From: Eledone cirrhosa
Lineage: Eukaryota
Direction: 5' to 3'
DNA: 64,000 nucleotides
Assembly (NCBI GenBank): GCA_964016885.1
Contig: OZ024741.1
Span: 277,326,001 to 277,390,000 of the forward strand
Below the pieces are notes generated by a model. That model had not been told where the DNA came from. It did not search any database and saw only the letters and a list, made by a program, of their open reading frames with translations. Shown one piece after another: positions 28,332-44,030 of this stretch; position 1 is the first letter of the stretch; each line of letters begins with the position of its first letter. The position numbers and the translations under genes were made by a program.

Positions 28332-28396
28332 TATATATATATATATGCATATATATATATATATGCATATGGATATATATATAGATACATAAATAC

Positions 28397-28444
<48 letters not shown>

Positions 28445-28481
28445 TTGTATATATATACATACATATATAGATACATACATA

Positions 28482-28518
<37 letters not shown>

Positions 28519-28790
28519 GTATACATACACACACACACACACACATATATGTATACACACACATATACATATATATATAAGCAAAGCAAATGAAAGTGTA
28601 AGTTATGTCTAATGTCATTCCCCTCACTTTACTCCGTTTTATAACCAGAAGGAATATATTTAATATAATATTTGCCAAAAAGCAAAGACTTAACGAATGA
28701 AAACAAAAGGAAATTGTTTACCTACTTCTTTCCGTCGTCGGTGTCCTGAGTGTTATGTTGGATTCCTAATTTTTATAAGATTATATGGGA

Positions 28791-28835
<45 letters not shown>

Positions 28836-28959
28836 ACGTGCATATATACATACACACACACACACATACAGATGCGCGCACGTACAGACGCAGAGAAAGG
28901 CAAACAATTTCCTTTTGCTTTCCTTCGTTAAGTCGTTTGCTTTTGGTAAATATTGTGTG

Positions 28960-29005
<46 letters not shown>

Positions 29006-29122
29006 GGGGGGCAGCAGAGAGAAAAAGAGAAATACTTACAAACACTTACTATATATACATACAAATAAATAATATATATAAGTAGGGGGTTTGTTTGGAT
29101 GTTTGTGAGTCTCTCTTTCGCG

Positions 29123-29157
<35 letters not shown>

Positions 29158-29190
29158 TCTCTCTCTCTCTCTTTCTATCTCTCTCTCTCT

Positions 29191-29228
<38 letters not shown>

Positions 29229-29266
29229 TATAAATGTATTTATATATATATATTATATAATATATG

Positions 29267-29362
<96 letters not shown>

Positions 29363-29370
29363 ACACACAC

Positions 29371-29425
<55 letters not shown>

Positions 29426-29907
29426 ACATTGTGACTGATTCCCAGCTGGAACTTCATTTATACGTCAATTTCTACCCATGTCTGCAACGGGCGTACAGAT
29501 TGCATAAATAAGTATACTTTATTAATAAAAGGAATTCCTAAAAGATCGATTATTATATTCTGTATATTGTGTACTGCTTTCAGTCATTGAACTCTGGCAA
29601 CCTGTAACATCGCTTCCAGTATATTGTGAAACCTTTGAAATGATTGTAATGATTTTTTTCATTAAAAGTAAATCTGTTGTAATAACATTTCTTCTCTTGC
29701 TACTGACTTGGAAATAATCATTTCTGAAGTCCTTCCTCCTGGCTCAAAAATATTGTGGGATCAGTGGAAAGGAGTAAACCGCCTGATCAAAAGCTACCTC
29801 GGATCAGATTGTATTATTTGACTGGCTCAACCCGCAATCAGCCAATATAGAGAAGTAAACCAAACAAGGATGGAGCAACATTGCTTTGTCTGCTCTTCGT
29901 TATTTAA

Positions 29908-30217
29908 AACATACGCCTCGAAAGAACTTCTAGACCACAATTAAAATATAAAGAGCCGTGTAGGGCGGTGGAAAACGGGTATATAACCACCGTACATGCT
30001 TCTTCGCTAGCCAACACATGCGGCTCAAAAGAACTTCTAGACTGCAATGAAAATAGAAAGAACTGTGTGGAGAGGGCGATAGCTGGTATATAACCACCGT
30101 ACGTGCTTTTTTGCTATCCAATACATGCGGGTCAGAAGAGCTTCTAGAAAGCAAAGGAAATGCAAAGAGCTGTGTGGAACAGTGAAGAGCTGATATATAA
30201 CCCGCATAAATGCTTCT
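29908..30217. repeat. Three diverged 107-bp tandem units
   Basis: GARCTTCTAGA anchor at 29924, 30031 and 30138; each unit contains TATATAACC. Confidence 0.85.
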
Positions 30218-31042
30218 GATAATTGGTTTAAGCTGTTTGTTTATATTCTTAGTTCCAATCTCATCAAAGATCTCAGTTTTGCCTTTTATGCTTTTATGCT
30301 TCCAGGGCTGACAAAATATAATATCCGTTATAAAGTGAGGTCAGCTTAATCGACTGAGTCCTTCTCCCAACAGATTTGTGACCTTATGCTGGTGTTAGTA
30401 AATAATATTGGTGCCATTACCATATATATGTGTGTGTTGGTGGGGGGGGGGGGGGGTAACTACAGTTACAGGCGGTGCATCATTCGAAGCACTCAATGCT
30501 TTTACGAGGTCCGTCATCTTGATTGTAACCTGAGCTGATCAGTATCGAAACAATTGTAATATGCCAATAAAGTTTGTACATATGCTCCAACACTGACTTC
30601 AATTGTTCTTAATCTCTCTATATATAATGCACGAAGCAGATTGGCTACAATAACGGCTCCACGCATGCATATTTCAGACACATAGACTAGTTAGGAAAGA
30701 ACACATCGACCGTTCATTTTTGTTTTGAACAGTTTCCATTTCCCATTTGAAAAGGGGGTGATAGCCTTGAAATAATATGTTGGAATATACTGGGTAAAAC
30801 TTATATATATATTCAAGTAAAGCACCGATGTTATACAACTGATGGTCTTGCACCTCTCCTAACCCAGCTCTAATTCTATGAGCGGATATTTGCAATCATT
30901 TAAATATCCAGATATCGGTAGCAGTCACAGTTACAGTGAGTTGTAGAAATTCATAACTTATTTTATTTACACTCATTCCTAGTTATGGCTTCCAAGCACA
31001 GTGCAAACATTGAAACACTTCCACCTTGATATTATTATAGTT

Positions 31043-31175
31043 AAGGTGTCGAATTGGCAGAGTCGTTACAGTTCTCTGCTCTTTGAGTTCAAATCCCGCC
31101 GAGGTCATCTTTGCCTTTCATTCATTCGAGGTCGATAAAAGAAGTATTAATCTAGTACTTGGGGGGGGGGTCGAT
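31043..31175 (+). mobile_element. SINE family A fragment
   Basis: gagttcaaatcccgccgagg..gcctttcatt..gtcgataaaa. Confidence 0.8.
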
Positions 31176-31217
31176 CTTTCTTTATACACGCTGCCTGTAA
31201 CTGTAGTTACACACCTA

Positions 31218-31256
<39 letters not shown>

Positions 31257-31436
31257 CGTTATTCCGGGTTGAATCGGAGGTAACCACAGTAAGTAAGGTA
31301 CTCAATACATAGCAGAGTATAAAAGTTTTAATATAGATGAGATTCTACAGGACTAGAACTGTTTCATTCATTAGAAATCATCAGGATTCCTGATGATTTC
31401 TAATGAATGAAACAGTTCTAGTCCTGTAGAATCTCA

Positions 31437-31443
<7 letters not shown>
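31257..31443. mobile_element. Fold-back PLE-terminus cassette in a TA tract
   Basis: Palindrome 31331-31443 (1-nt centre at 31387) plus a ~75-bp unpaired tail. Confidence 0.8.
31385..31433 (+). ncRNA. Minimal type I hammerhead ribozyme
   Basis: gattc CTGATGA t ttc taat gaa t GAAA cag ttctagtc ctg TA gaatc. Confidence 0.8.
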
Positions 31444-31485
<42 letters not shown>

Positions 31486-32019
31486 ATAAATATATATATA
31501 TATATATGAAAACAGGGAGAAAAAGGCGATTATTAGGAAGAAAAATTTTTTTTTTTCCCTTTTTATTTATTTCTCGGTATATATATATTCGGTAGACAAG
31601 GATGCAATTCAATTCAAGCATTGTATATATATATATGTATGTGTGTGTGAGTGTGTGTGTATTTGTATGTATATATGTATGTATGTACTTATGTATGTGC
31701 GTGTGTTTTGTTGTTTATTTAGTGTGTGTAATATATTAAATATATATTATTATAGTATTAGTGTAATGTTAGTGTCCTCCTAACAGATGCCAAAAAACTA
31801 CTTTCCTTTCGTCCTGTTTTCATTTTCCTTGTAAGTATTTTGATACATTCTCATTTTCTCCTCCTGGGGCTATTTAACACCACCTCCCGACCCCTGATGA
31901 TGCTATTTAACACACCCTACCACCCCACCAACCAATCTCCCGGTCAGAAAAAAAAACAAGATAAAATCAATCTTACATTCATATATATTACCAATATTAT
32001 TTTTGTTGGCCCATACCCT

Positions 32020-32725
32020 TGTTGTTGGCGATGTTGTTTTTGTTGTTGGTGGTGGTGCTATGGGAGTTATTGCTGTTGTTGTTGTTGGTGGTGGTGGTGG
32101 TGTTGTGGCTGTCGTTGCTGTTGTTGCTGTTGTTGTTGTTAGTGGTGGCGTTGTTGTTGTTGTTGTTGTTGGTGCTGTTATGGGAGTTATTACTGTTATT
32201 GTTGGTGGTGGTGTTGTGGTTGTTGTTGTTGTTGTTGCTGTTGTTATTGTTAGTGGTGGCGTTGTTGTTTTTGTTGTTGTTGGTGCTGTTATGGGAGTTA
32301 TTACTGTTATTGTTGGTGGTGGTGTTGTGGTTGTTGTTGTTGGCGATGTTGTTATTGTTGGTGGCACTGTTATTGGAGTTATTGCTCTTGCTGTTGTTGT
32401 TGGTGGTGGTGGTGTTATGGCTTTTTTTGCTGTTGGTGCCATTGGTAGTGGTGGTGGTGGGGCTGTTGTTGTTGCTGTTGGTGTTGTTGTTGTTGGTGGT
32501 GGTGGTGGTGGAGCTGTTGTTGTTGCTGTTGGTGTTGTTGTTGTTGTTGGTGGTGGTGGTGGGGCTGTTGTTGTTGCTGTTGGTGTTGTTGTTGTTGGTG
32601 GTGGTGGTGGGGCTGTTGTTGTTGGTGTTGTTGTTGGTGGTGGTGGTGGTGGTGGGGCTGTTGTTGTTGCTGTTGGTGTTGTTGTTGGTGGTGGTGGTGG
32701 GGCTGTTGTTGTTGCTGTTGTTATT
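32020..32725. repeat. (GTT/GGT)n array with higher-order units
   Basis: Seen directly in sequence. Confidence 0.9.
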
Positions 32726-32869
32726 TTCATTATTTTAATGAATAATTTCTTTTTTGAGTTCAAATCCCGCCGATAAAATATAGTACCAGTCACGCACTGG
32801 GGTCGATTTAATCAGATCCCCCCCCCCAAAAAAAACTGTTAGCCTTGTGCCTAAATCAGAAACCTTTAC

Positions 32870-32958
32870 CACTACTACTACTACTACTGACGATGATGAT
32901 GATGATGATGATGAGTCGGAGGATGAGGCTCCTCCTCCTCCGACTTGAACTACTACTG

Positions 32959-32991
<33 letters not shown>

Positions 32992-33326
32992 ATTCTACTA
33001 CTACTACTGCTACTACTACCACTACCACTACTGCTACTACTACTACTACTATTACTACTACTACTACTAATTCTACTACTACTGCTACTGCTACTACTTC
33101 TTTTTCTTCTTCTTCTTCTTCTTCTTCTTCTTCTTTTTCTTCTTCTTCTTCTTCTTCTTCTTCTTCTTCTTCGCAAGTTTATACATCGCTTGCCGAGTTA
33201 CTACGTATGTCTTCGGGCAAGATAGAAGTATTAAATAAATTCTGTAGAAGTTGCTTTCAGCTACCTGTATAAGGGGTGCCATAGGAGCACGCTATTTACT
33301 GATTATTACAAATGTTTTATTATCCC

Positions 33327-33370
<44 letters not shown>

Positions 33371-33495
33371 CCACCACCACCACCACCACCATCATCATCA
33401 TCAGCACCATCACCACCATCATCATCAGCCTCATCATCACCATCATCATCATCATCACCATCATCATCATCGCCATCATCATAACCATCATAATC

Positions 33496-33526
<31 letters not shown>

Positions 33527-33750
33527 CATCATCATCATCATCACCACCACCACCACCACCACCACCATCATCATCATCAGCACCACCACCACCACCATTA
33601 TCACCCTCATCATCATCACCATCATCGTCATCATCACCATCATCATCATCATCGCCATCATCATAACCATCATAATCACCACCACCACCACCACCATCAT
33701 CATCATCAATATCTTCGTTATGATCATCATCAACACCATCCTCATCGCCA
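32870..33750. repeat. (CTA)n, (CTT)n and (CAT/CAC)n arrays
   Basis: Seen directly in sequence. Confidence 0.9.
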
Positions 33751-34146
33751 TGTTTTCGTCAGCGTCATATCAGTTTCTCATACACCACCGAATGAACATC
33801 CGTCTTCCTGGGGTGTATATATTACAGTTAGATGGTGTGTGGTGGGGTGGAGCCGAGAAATGGGGGGGATGTAGAATTGCATATGTATGTTTTTTGCTGC
33901 ATTGGTTGTTGTTGCATTGTTGTACAATGTTTCGATGTTTCTGCTGTTTATTTTTTTTTGTTTTTATTGTTCCATCTCTTTTTTGCGCAGAGCATGTGAA
34001 AAGTTGCAATAATGCAATCCTCAGTTGTAGCACTTTTTTGGGGTAGGGTGGTGATAGGGGCGGAGGGGGGTATGAACATAATTCATGTGTGCTGCTGTGT
34101 GTGTGATTCATGTAATGTGGTTTAGTTTGAAGGTGCAAGGCTTACA

Positions 34147-34635
34147 GGTTAGGGTGTTCGGCTAAAGACCAAAACCTCGCGAGTTCGATTCTCGATTGTC
34201 CTTGAATAAGATTTCATTTCACTCACGCTGCTCCAGTCCCCTGAGTTGTGTCTGTAATTCAAATAGTCAGCCTGATCAAACACTGTGTCACATTGAATCT
34301 TTCTGAAAGAATTATGTTAAGCGTACACGTGTTTGTGGAATATTTAACCACTACTTGCACGTTAACTTCATTTCAATCACCTGAACAACTGGGACAGTTG
34401 TCGTTGGACCCGACGGAAATTTAATAACACGACGACATGTAGTTTATAGCAGTGCTGGAAATTAATATATAAAAGATGTAGCTATATGGTTAAGAAGTTA
34501 GGTACGCATCTAAAGGGTTCTGGGTTCTATTACACAGTGCCGCTTTTTAGATAATGGCCTTCTACAAAAGGCTCGAGTTGGCCATTGCATTGTGAGTAAA
34601 ATCAAGTAGAGGAAAATTCAGAAGCCCATCGTATA
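34147..34635 (+). mobile_element. CORE-type SINE (34147-34420) and a third tRNA-SINE family copy (34475-34635)
   Basis: gagttcgattc..tgtccttgaataag; gtagctatatggttaagaag..gggttcta..ttgtgagt..agaagcccatcgtata; relatives at 44341-44640 and 47672-47790. Confidence 0.65.
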
Positions 34636-34764
34636 TAATATCTTCAAAATATGTGCAAGGACGAAACTTTTCTCCATCTCGGTCTAATGGAGTAAACTCA
34701 CAAATGTTACTATGCATTTTATTTTTAAAAAACAATGGTTTTTTATTTCGGCTCAAGGACAACA

Positions 34765-35278
34765 ATTTTATTGACCCCAGAAAGATGAAAGGCAAAGTTG
34801 ACCTCGGCGTTATTTGAATAGAATGTAAAGAGCACGAACAAATGTAACAAGTCATGGTACCTGACACTCTACCGATTCTGCCAAACCCCAGCCCACATAG
34901 TATGTACATAATAATCGTTTCTACTTTAGGCACAGGGCCAACAATTTTGCCTTACTGGTACCCCAAATGGATGCAAGGCAAAGCTAACACTATGATGGAA
35001 AGGATGTTATCCAACGCTCTACCGATTTTGCCAATCCACCACCCACATACAACGTAGATAATAATTGTTTTTACTTTTGGCACAAGGCCAGCAATTATCC
35101 CAATGCAATATATAAAAAGTATATATTAATAATTAAAATAATAATTGTTTCTACTTTTTTGGCACAAGGCCGGCAATTAACAGTACATTACTGGTACTTT
35201 ATTTTATCGACCTCGTAAGGATGAAAGGCAAAGTTAACCTCGGCGGGATTTGAACTCAGATCGTAAAGGGACGTAACT
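34765..35278 (-). mobile_element. Cluster of family A SINE fragments
   Basis: Recurrent tgtttctactttt/ggcacaaggcc tails and gatgaaaggcaaag domain. Confidence 0.8.
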
Positions 35279-35797
35279 AATTAAAAAGGAGACGTATATA
35301 ATTAAAATAATAATAACAATTATTATTGTATAAACTGATTATTATAACAACTACATCAAAAGCAACAACAAAGACAAAGATAACAACAACAAAGACAACA
35401 ACAACAAAGATAACAACAACAAAGATAACAACAACAAAGACAACTACAACAACAACAACGAATACAACAACAACACCAACAATAATTTCCATTATTTAAG
35501 TCTTTATAGAGGTAGGACCCGGATAATGAAGGAAAATACGAAGTATATAAAAAAATCAACACAATTTAATGGGATGGATGGAAAAACGCTAAAATACATT
35601 GAATATGATAATAGAATTTTCTTACACAATTCAATACAATAGAGTTATTATATTATCAAAAATAATATAAGATGATATATATATAACATATAAATATAAC
35701 ATAAGTATAACATTTAATATAGATGCAACAATTAAAATAGCATTATAATGTAATATAATATATATATCTATATATACATATATATATATATATATAC

Positions 35798-35842
<45 letters not shown>

Positions 35843-35889
35843 ATATATATATATATAATATATAATATATATATATATATATAATATAT

Positions 35890-35974
<85 letters not shown>

Positions 35975-36045
35975 GTATGATGAAAATAAATTGTAAAATA
36001 TAATGTATGAATTAAACTATATAACATAATTATAAGGTACAAAAA

Positions 36046-36094
<49 letters not shown>

Positions 36095-36188
36095 CATACA
36101 TACGTATATATATAATAAATTAATGTCTAAAAATTATTTAGAATAATTTGTAAATTTAATAGATAAAATAAAAAAGATATATATACTC

Positions 36189-36295
<107 letters not shown>

Positions 36296-36393
36296 ATAAT
36301 AGAATATAATAGGCATGTATGTATAATGGACGAGAAAATTATAATTCATAAAATAAATATACCATTTTTTAAGAAATAATTAAACTAAACAGT

Positions 36394-36608
36394 ATACATA
36401 CATACATACATACATACATACATACATACATACATACATACATACATACATACGTACGTACGTACGTACATACATACATACATACATACATACATACATA
36501 CATACATACATACATACATACATACATACATACATACATACATACGTACATACGTACATACATACATACATACATACATACATACATACATACATACATA
36601 CATACATG
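36394..36608. repeat. (TACA)n tetranucleotide array
   Basis: Seen directly in sequence. Confidence 0.95.
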
Positions 36609-36837
36609 TAAGAAACTGAATGAAATACAATATAATACAATCTAATTATAGGAAGTATAAGGAAATATATTGGCTATATTTCTATAATGGAAGAAGAGAA
36701 AAGAGTTGGAATTGGCAGAAAGTGTGTAATGAAAGATCTATTTATATAACAGCATAAGGAATATGGAGTCGTATTTAAGATGGTAATTATAGTCTAGCTA
36801 AGGAAAAACGACTGGAGCGCCCTTACTGAACACACAC

Positions 36838-36897
<60 letters not shown>

Positions 36898-36938
36898 TTC
36901 AAAATATTAACAAAAATAGAACTTCTTGTGATCAAGTA

Positions 36939-37005
36939 TATTTTATTATACATATTTCAGAGGTACTGAGCTAACTTCAACAGTACGTCCTCATCAGATA
37001 AAATA
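36939..37005 (-). ncRNA. Minimal type I hammerhead ribozyme
   Basis: tattttat CTGATGA gga c gtactg ttgaagttagct cagtac c tct GAAA tatgta TA ataaaata; cassette lies between TA tracts. Confidence 0.85.
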
Positions 37006-37168
37006 AGATGATGCATGACATACCCTGACATAGTAGATGGTTAAGATCCAGTCATGGTAGTGAGTAAGATATGACAAAACTCAATATTTATATACCTTAA
37101 GATTGAGACATGAAAAAACTTACATATAATAAATTCTTTGATTTATTCATTGAACCTTGTTTAACCTT

Positions 37169-38461
<1,293 letters not shown>

Positions 38462-38465
38462 TAAT

Positions 38466-38500
<35 letters not shown>

Positions 38501-38525
38501 GTACATATATATATATGTGTGTGTA

Positions 38526-38607
<82 letters not shown>

Positions 38608-38649
38608 TATATATATATACACACACACATATATATATATATATATAAA

Positions 38650-38820
38650 TAATTGTTTCTACTTTAGGCACAAGGCCAGCAATTACCCAGTACATTACTG
38701 GTACTTTATTTTATCGACCCCGTAAGGATGAAAGGCAAAGTTAACCTTGGCGGAATTTGAACTCAGACCGTAAATGGACGTAACTATGGTGCAAAGCATG
38801 GCGTCCGGCCCTCTACCGAT
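38650..38820 (-). mobile_element. SINE family A
   Basis: Central domain and B-box present. Confidence 0.9.
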
Positions 38821-39628
38821 AATAATATATATTTATATATATATATATAAATATATATATTTGAATATATATATATTTAAATATATACAGTATATACATA
38901 TATATATATATGTGTGTATGTGTATAATGTATGTATGTGTGTGTATGTATATATATATTTCCTCTTTCTTCCCATGTTTTTTATACATATTTACCTCGAC
39001 TGCGATTGTCTGTTTCTCTCTTTCTGCTCCCCCGTTCTCTCTGTTTCTCTCACCTTCTTTCGCCCCCTCTGTCAGTTACACTTTCTTCTCCCCATATTTT
39101 TCATATATTTACCTAAACTGCGATTCTCTGTTTCTCTCTTTTTCTCTATTACTGCTCCCTTGTTCTCTCTGTTTCTCTCACCTTCTTTCGCCCCCTCTGT
39201 CAGTTCCACTTTCTCTCGACTGACCTCTTCCTCGCACTTCCACTCACTCACTCTCTGTTTCTCCCCTTCTCACTTCCTCCCGTTCGTTAGTAGTGGGATT
39301 CTTTCTTTCTCACATCTCATTCACGTTGGACGGTCTGTTTTCTGACCGCTCATGAAATTCACCCAGATTATGCTGACCGGATAACCATCATGTTGCATGC
39401 TGTTTTCCTACCTTCGGTTTGCTTTTCCTTCTATGTTGCTTACTTGTCTCACTCGCTTTACGCGATTCACTTGTCTCAATAGCTTATTTTAGTTATTGCT
39501 CGCACCAACCTGGGGTATATGATTTTTAATGCGATGAAATACCAATGATGGTTGGCAAATCACTGATGAGGGACTAATTTTATAATATGTAACCCATGTG
39601 CAACCACACAGTTTTCCTCTTTCTTCCC

Positions 39629-39705
<77 letters not shown>

Positions 39706-39719
39706 ATATATATGAATGT

Positions 39720-40972
39720 ATCTCTGTATATCTGCCAGAACCGCGAGATGCCACACACCTTCCTTTTTCTCTGTTCCACCTGTCATCCTTTCCTCACACA
39801 CCCCACCCTCTTCTTCATCTATCACTAAAACCACCTATTTTTCAACTTCCTCACCTCCACCTAACACCGTAAACTTAATTCCTTCATCTTCCCCACCCTC
39901 ACGGCCAACCCCCTCATCACATTCTCCCACCCCCAAAGCCACACCCTCTTCTGCCACCACCCATTCCGATCTAACACCCCTAGTCCCACCCCCACACCTC
40001 CCATCTCACCACAATTTCCCTCAAACACACAACTTGTTGTTTCTATATTCCCCAACCTTCCCCTCTTTGGACCTGAACGTTCCCTGCCCCGCAGGGGTCT
40101 TCGTTCGTACCCCCCTCACAACCCACGGTGATGAGTTATGCACTCGCACCGACGTCGAAAGGTTCCTGCGCTGCACGAAACTGCAGTCGTACTTTCACGG
40201 CACCCGACCCACACCAGACATTTTTCTGCAATTGGGCCGACGACCATGATAATGGACGCCGGCCCCCTGGCGGTTCAACACCCTGGACACATTCGTGAAT
40301 GCTCGCCACCGGGCGACCAATACCACCCGAGCTGAACTCGCCGCCCTTCGCTTCCTCCGAACCCGTTATGATATCGTCATCAAATCGGTGGACAAGGGCT
40401 GTGCCGTGGTCGTGTGTCACGCCGACCTCTAAAACACGGTGGCCCTACGTCAGCTCCACAACTCCCTTTTCTACCGCCCCCTACGATCCGACCCCACCCT
40501 AGAATACCAGCAACAATTGTCCTCCAACATCCACTAACTCATCGCCTCCTCACTCCTACCCTCCACCGCCACCAATCTCATCGTTCGCACACCCCGCACC
40601 TCCAGCATCTACTTCCTCCCCAAATTACACAAACCCGACCCTCCTAGCCACCCCATCGTCTCCGCCTGTTACTACCCCACCAACTTCATCTTCGCCTACT
40701 TCGACTCCACCCTCGCGCCGCTCGCATCCTCCCCGTGCCACATCTCCGACACTAACCACGCCCTTCGTTTCTTCCATTCATTCGTCTTCCCCCTCGGTCC
40801 TCCCCTCCTTTACCCCCTCAACGTAAAACTATACACAATCATCCCACACACCAAAGATCTTCGCGCCCTCCAACACTTCCTTGACCCCGCACTTCCATCC
40901 TCATCTAACTGGCTGAGCTGGTCCTCACCCTCAATTGCTTTTCTTTCTCGGATGAGGTTTACCAACAAGTGA
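39720..40972 (+). pseudogene. Decayed Penelope-like reverse transcriptase (N-terminal half)
   Basis: Across frameshifts: DVERFLRCTKLQSYF, AELAALRFLRTRYDIVIKSVDKGCAVVV, IYFLPKLHKPDPPSHPIVS, HISDTNH, LYTIIPH, LAELVLTLNCFSF. Confidence 0.9.
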
Positions 40973-41014
40973 CCTAGTTCTTCCTTAGAACTCTGCTACC
41001 ACTATCTCACACAA

Positions 41015-41129
<115 letters not shown>

Positions 41130-41198
41130 AGGAAGGTGGCCGGTCAAAAAAATATACTCGAAATTAAGAGAAAGAGATAACATACATACATACATACA

Positions 41199-41232
<34 letters not shown>

Positions 41233-41242
41233 CATACATACA

Positions 41243-41775
41243 TATGAACTAGTGGAATGTTCCAGTAAAAACCCCAATAAAATGCAGGCATAACAGACCA
41301 GATATTATGATATGGGACAGGGAGAAGAAAACATGCACAGTAGTGGAAATTAGCTGCCCAGCAGATTCCAATATAATATCAAAGATTAGTGAAAAGGAGA
41401 ATATTTATGCAGAACTGATGAGGAATCTGCAGATACTCCACCCTGATTACACCTTCAGATTTATGCCTGTGATTATTAGGGCACTGGGATATGTTAGTAA
41501 CTGCCTCAATACAAATCTAGAGAAGCTAGGCTTCACAGGAACAGAAAGAACACAACTAGTTAGGAAATTACAAGTACAATCCATTAATGGAACAATAAAA
41601 ATATGTAAAACATTCCAAAACATTTTGCATCTAATAACTGCATATACACATGTACAGATACAAAGCATATACACATGCACACATACAACTCAAAACATAC
41701 ACATCCACACATACAATAACATCCATATCTACACACAAAAATTTGTGAAATTATAAAACCAGAAGAACATACATA
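41243..41775 (+). mobile_element. R4/Dong-like non-LTR retrotransposon 3' end (restriction-like endonuclease)
   Basis: HNRPDIMIWDREKKTCTVVEISCPADSNI..EKENIYAEL..PVIIRALG (PD-(D/E)xK type). Confidence 0.8.
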
Positions 41776-41784
41776 GATTCATTT

Positions 41785-42332
41785 TATGGTGGTGAGGGTA
41801 ATGGTGATAATGGCGTTGATGGCGGTGATGGGGGTGATGGTGGTGGTGATGATGGTGCTGATGGTGTTGATAGGGGTGATGGTGGTAATGGTGTTGGTGG
41901 GGGTGATGGTGTTGATGGTGATGATTTTGGCGGTGGTGATGATGGTGAAGATGTTTGTGTTGATAGTTTTGATGTTGATGGTGGTGAAGGTGATGATGTT
42001 GGTGATGGTGGTGATGATGGTGATAATGGTAGTGATGATGATGTCGGTGATGATGGTGATGATAGTGATGATCGTGATGATGGTGATGATGGGTGTGCTG
42101 ATGGTGATGATGATGGTGTTGATGGTGTAGTTGTCCATGATGATGACGACGATAATGATGGTGTTGGGATGCTCTTTTATGTTGATTGTGTTATTGCTGT
42201 TAATGATAATGATGATGATGATGATGTTGTTATTGATGTTGTTATTGATGATGTTGATGTTGTTGTTATCGTTACTGTCAAAGATGTTATTGTTGCTGTT
42301 GATCTCAATGATGTTGGTGACGGTGTTGATGG
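41785..42332. repeat. (GAT/GGT)n degenerate array
   Basis: Seen directly in sequence. Confidence 0.9.
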
Positions 42333-42336
42333 TAAA

Positions 42337-42815
42337 TAATGATTTCTACTATAGGCACAAGGCCAGCAATTGTCCCAGTGTATTACTGGTACTTTATTTT
42401 ATCGATACCGTAAGGATGAAAGGCAAAGTTAACTTCGGTGGGATTTGAACACAGACCATAAAGGGCCGTAACTCTATGCTGCAAAGCATGGCGTCAGACC
42501 CTCTAATAATTGTTTCTACTTTTTGGCACAAGGCCAGCAAATACCCAGTACATTACTGGTACTTTATTTTATCGACCTCGTAAGGATGAAAGGTAAAGTT
42601 AACCTCGGCGGGATTTGAACTCAGATCATAAAGGGACATAATGGTTTCTTATATAGGCACAAGGCCAGTAATTTGGGGGGAGGGGAAAGTCGATTAAATC
42701 GACCCCAGTGCGTGACTGGTACTTTATTTTATTGACCCCATAAGGATGAAAGGCAAAGTTAACCTTGGCAGGATTTGAACTCGGAACGTAAAACATGATG
42801 TCCGATGCTCTATCG
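42337..42815 (-). mobile_element. Three head-to-tail family A SINE copies
   Basis: ggatgaaagg..gatttgaac recurs near 42415, 42585 and 42745. Confidence 0.9.
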
Positions 42816-43189
42816 ACGTATGTCAAATCATAAATTGTTGTTGATGATGATGATGTTGATGTTAATGACGATAATTATGAATATGGTGATGCCGTTAGCC
42901 GCGTGATGTTAATAGTAGTAGAAATATTGATACAATTAAAAATAACGTTTTTTTGTTTTGTTGTTACATCGTCACAATGACTGTAATTTGGGGTAATGAG
43001 AAGGAGAGAAGTGAGAGGAGGAAGAAGAGGAAGGTGAAAAGAAGGAGGGGAATGATGAGGAAATGGAAGCGAGAGGAGGAGGAAGAGGAAGAGTGAGAAG
43101 TGCGATGGGGGGGGGGAGAAGCTAGAGGAGGAGGAGGATATAGGCAATTTTATTGAACAGATATTTAACGTAGTTCTCAGTAGAATTCT

Positions 43190-43372
43190 GTGTCAACCAG
43201 AACCTTATAATTACAGGTGCCATTCATTTTTTTTTTTCTTTTTACCTGCTAAATGAACTAAAGCAACGTGAAATAAAGTCTCTTGCTTAAGGACACAACG
43301 CACCACTGGGAATCAAACTCACGTATTTACGATCGTGAGCCGAGCACTTTAATCACTAAGCCAGGCTCCTTC
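43190..43372 (-). mobile_element. CORE-type SINE
   Basis: gcaacgtgaaataaagt..ttgcttaaggacacaacgc..gggaatcaaactc. Confidence 0.7.
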
Positions 43373-43689
43373 ACATAAACTACACATAACAGCCCCTGCA
43401 ATATAAACATGATTCTTGAGATACACCAACGTATTTATCCTTATCTCTCTATATTTCCATCCTGTGCAATAATATAACGAACTGCTTTACTTCCTTATCT
43501 CTATCAAATTAGTTTTCTTTGTTTTTCCTTTCTTTCGTTTTTACTTTCTTTTCCGGTTCTCCCTAATTATCTTATATAATTTGGCCTTCATTTTCCCCAC
43601 CGTCTTTTCTTAATCCTACCGCAGTTATTTTATAGTAAATTTGTCAGTCTATTTAAATCCTTTAGTGAAGGTTGCCAGTAGAAGGTTTG

Positions 43690-44030
43690 CAGAGCGTTCT
43701 CTTTGTAAAATCTGTGTAATCCTGGATATTACGGAGGTGAGTAGAAAGAGTCATCACAAGCAGCTTGGGAGCAGCAGATAGAGGGTAGCACCCAGATGGA
43801 TATGGCTGAAAGGAAGTGATTGCGGTGGTTAGTAGTGTATATGTCATTTAGACACAAGTTCGGGCTTGATCAACCACAGTTGGGTCGCCTAGTCATTACG
43901 GTGTAAGCATGTAGTGATCACTCAAATTGAACAGGAAAGCAGCAGAGATGTCCTCCAGATAGGTATGGCTGGAGAGAAGTGACCGGTTGGGTCAGTGGTA
44001 TTCCACTTGGACATATGCTTAGGTTCAATC
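43690..44030 (-). mobile_element. Highly decayed CR1/L2-group LINE 3' end
   Basis: Reverse translation fragments TSLQP, ISAAFLFN and RNHFLSAISIWVLPS resemble the NSF.P.T..LWN.LP terminus. Confidence 0.35.

Noticed and set aside
28716-28766. Possible minus-strand micro-exon (AG..GTAAAC)
   Set aside because: Weak acceptor, no recognisable peptide and no partner exons
31903-32793. Pro/Thr-rich mucin- or extensin-like ORF
   Set aside because: Translation of a GGT/GTT array whose start lies in a SINE fragment; open in several frames
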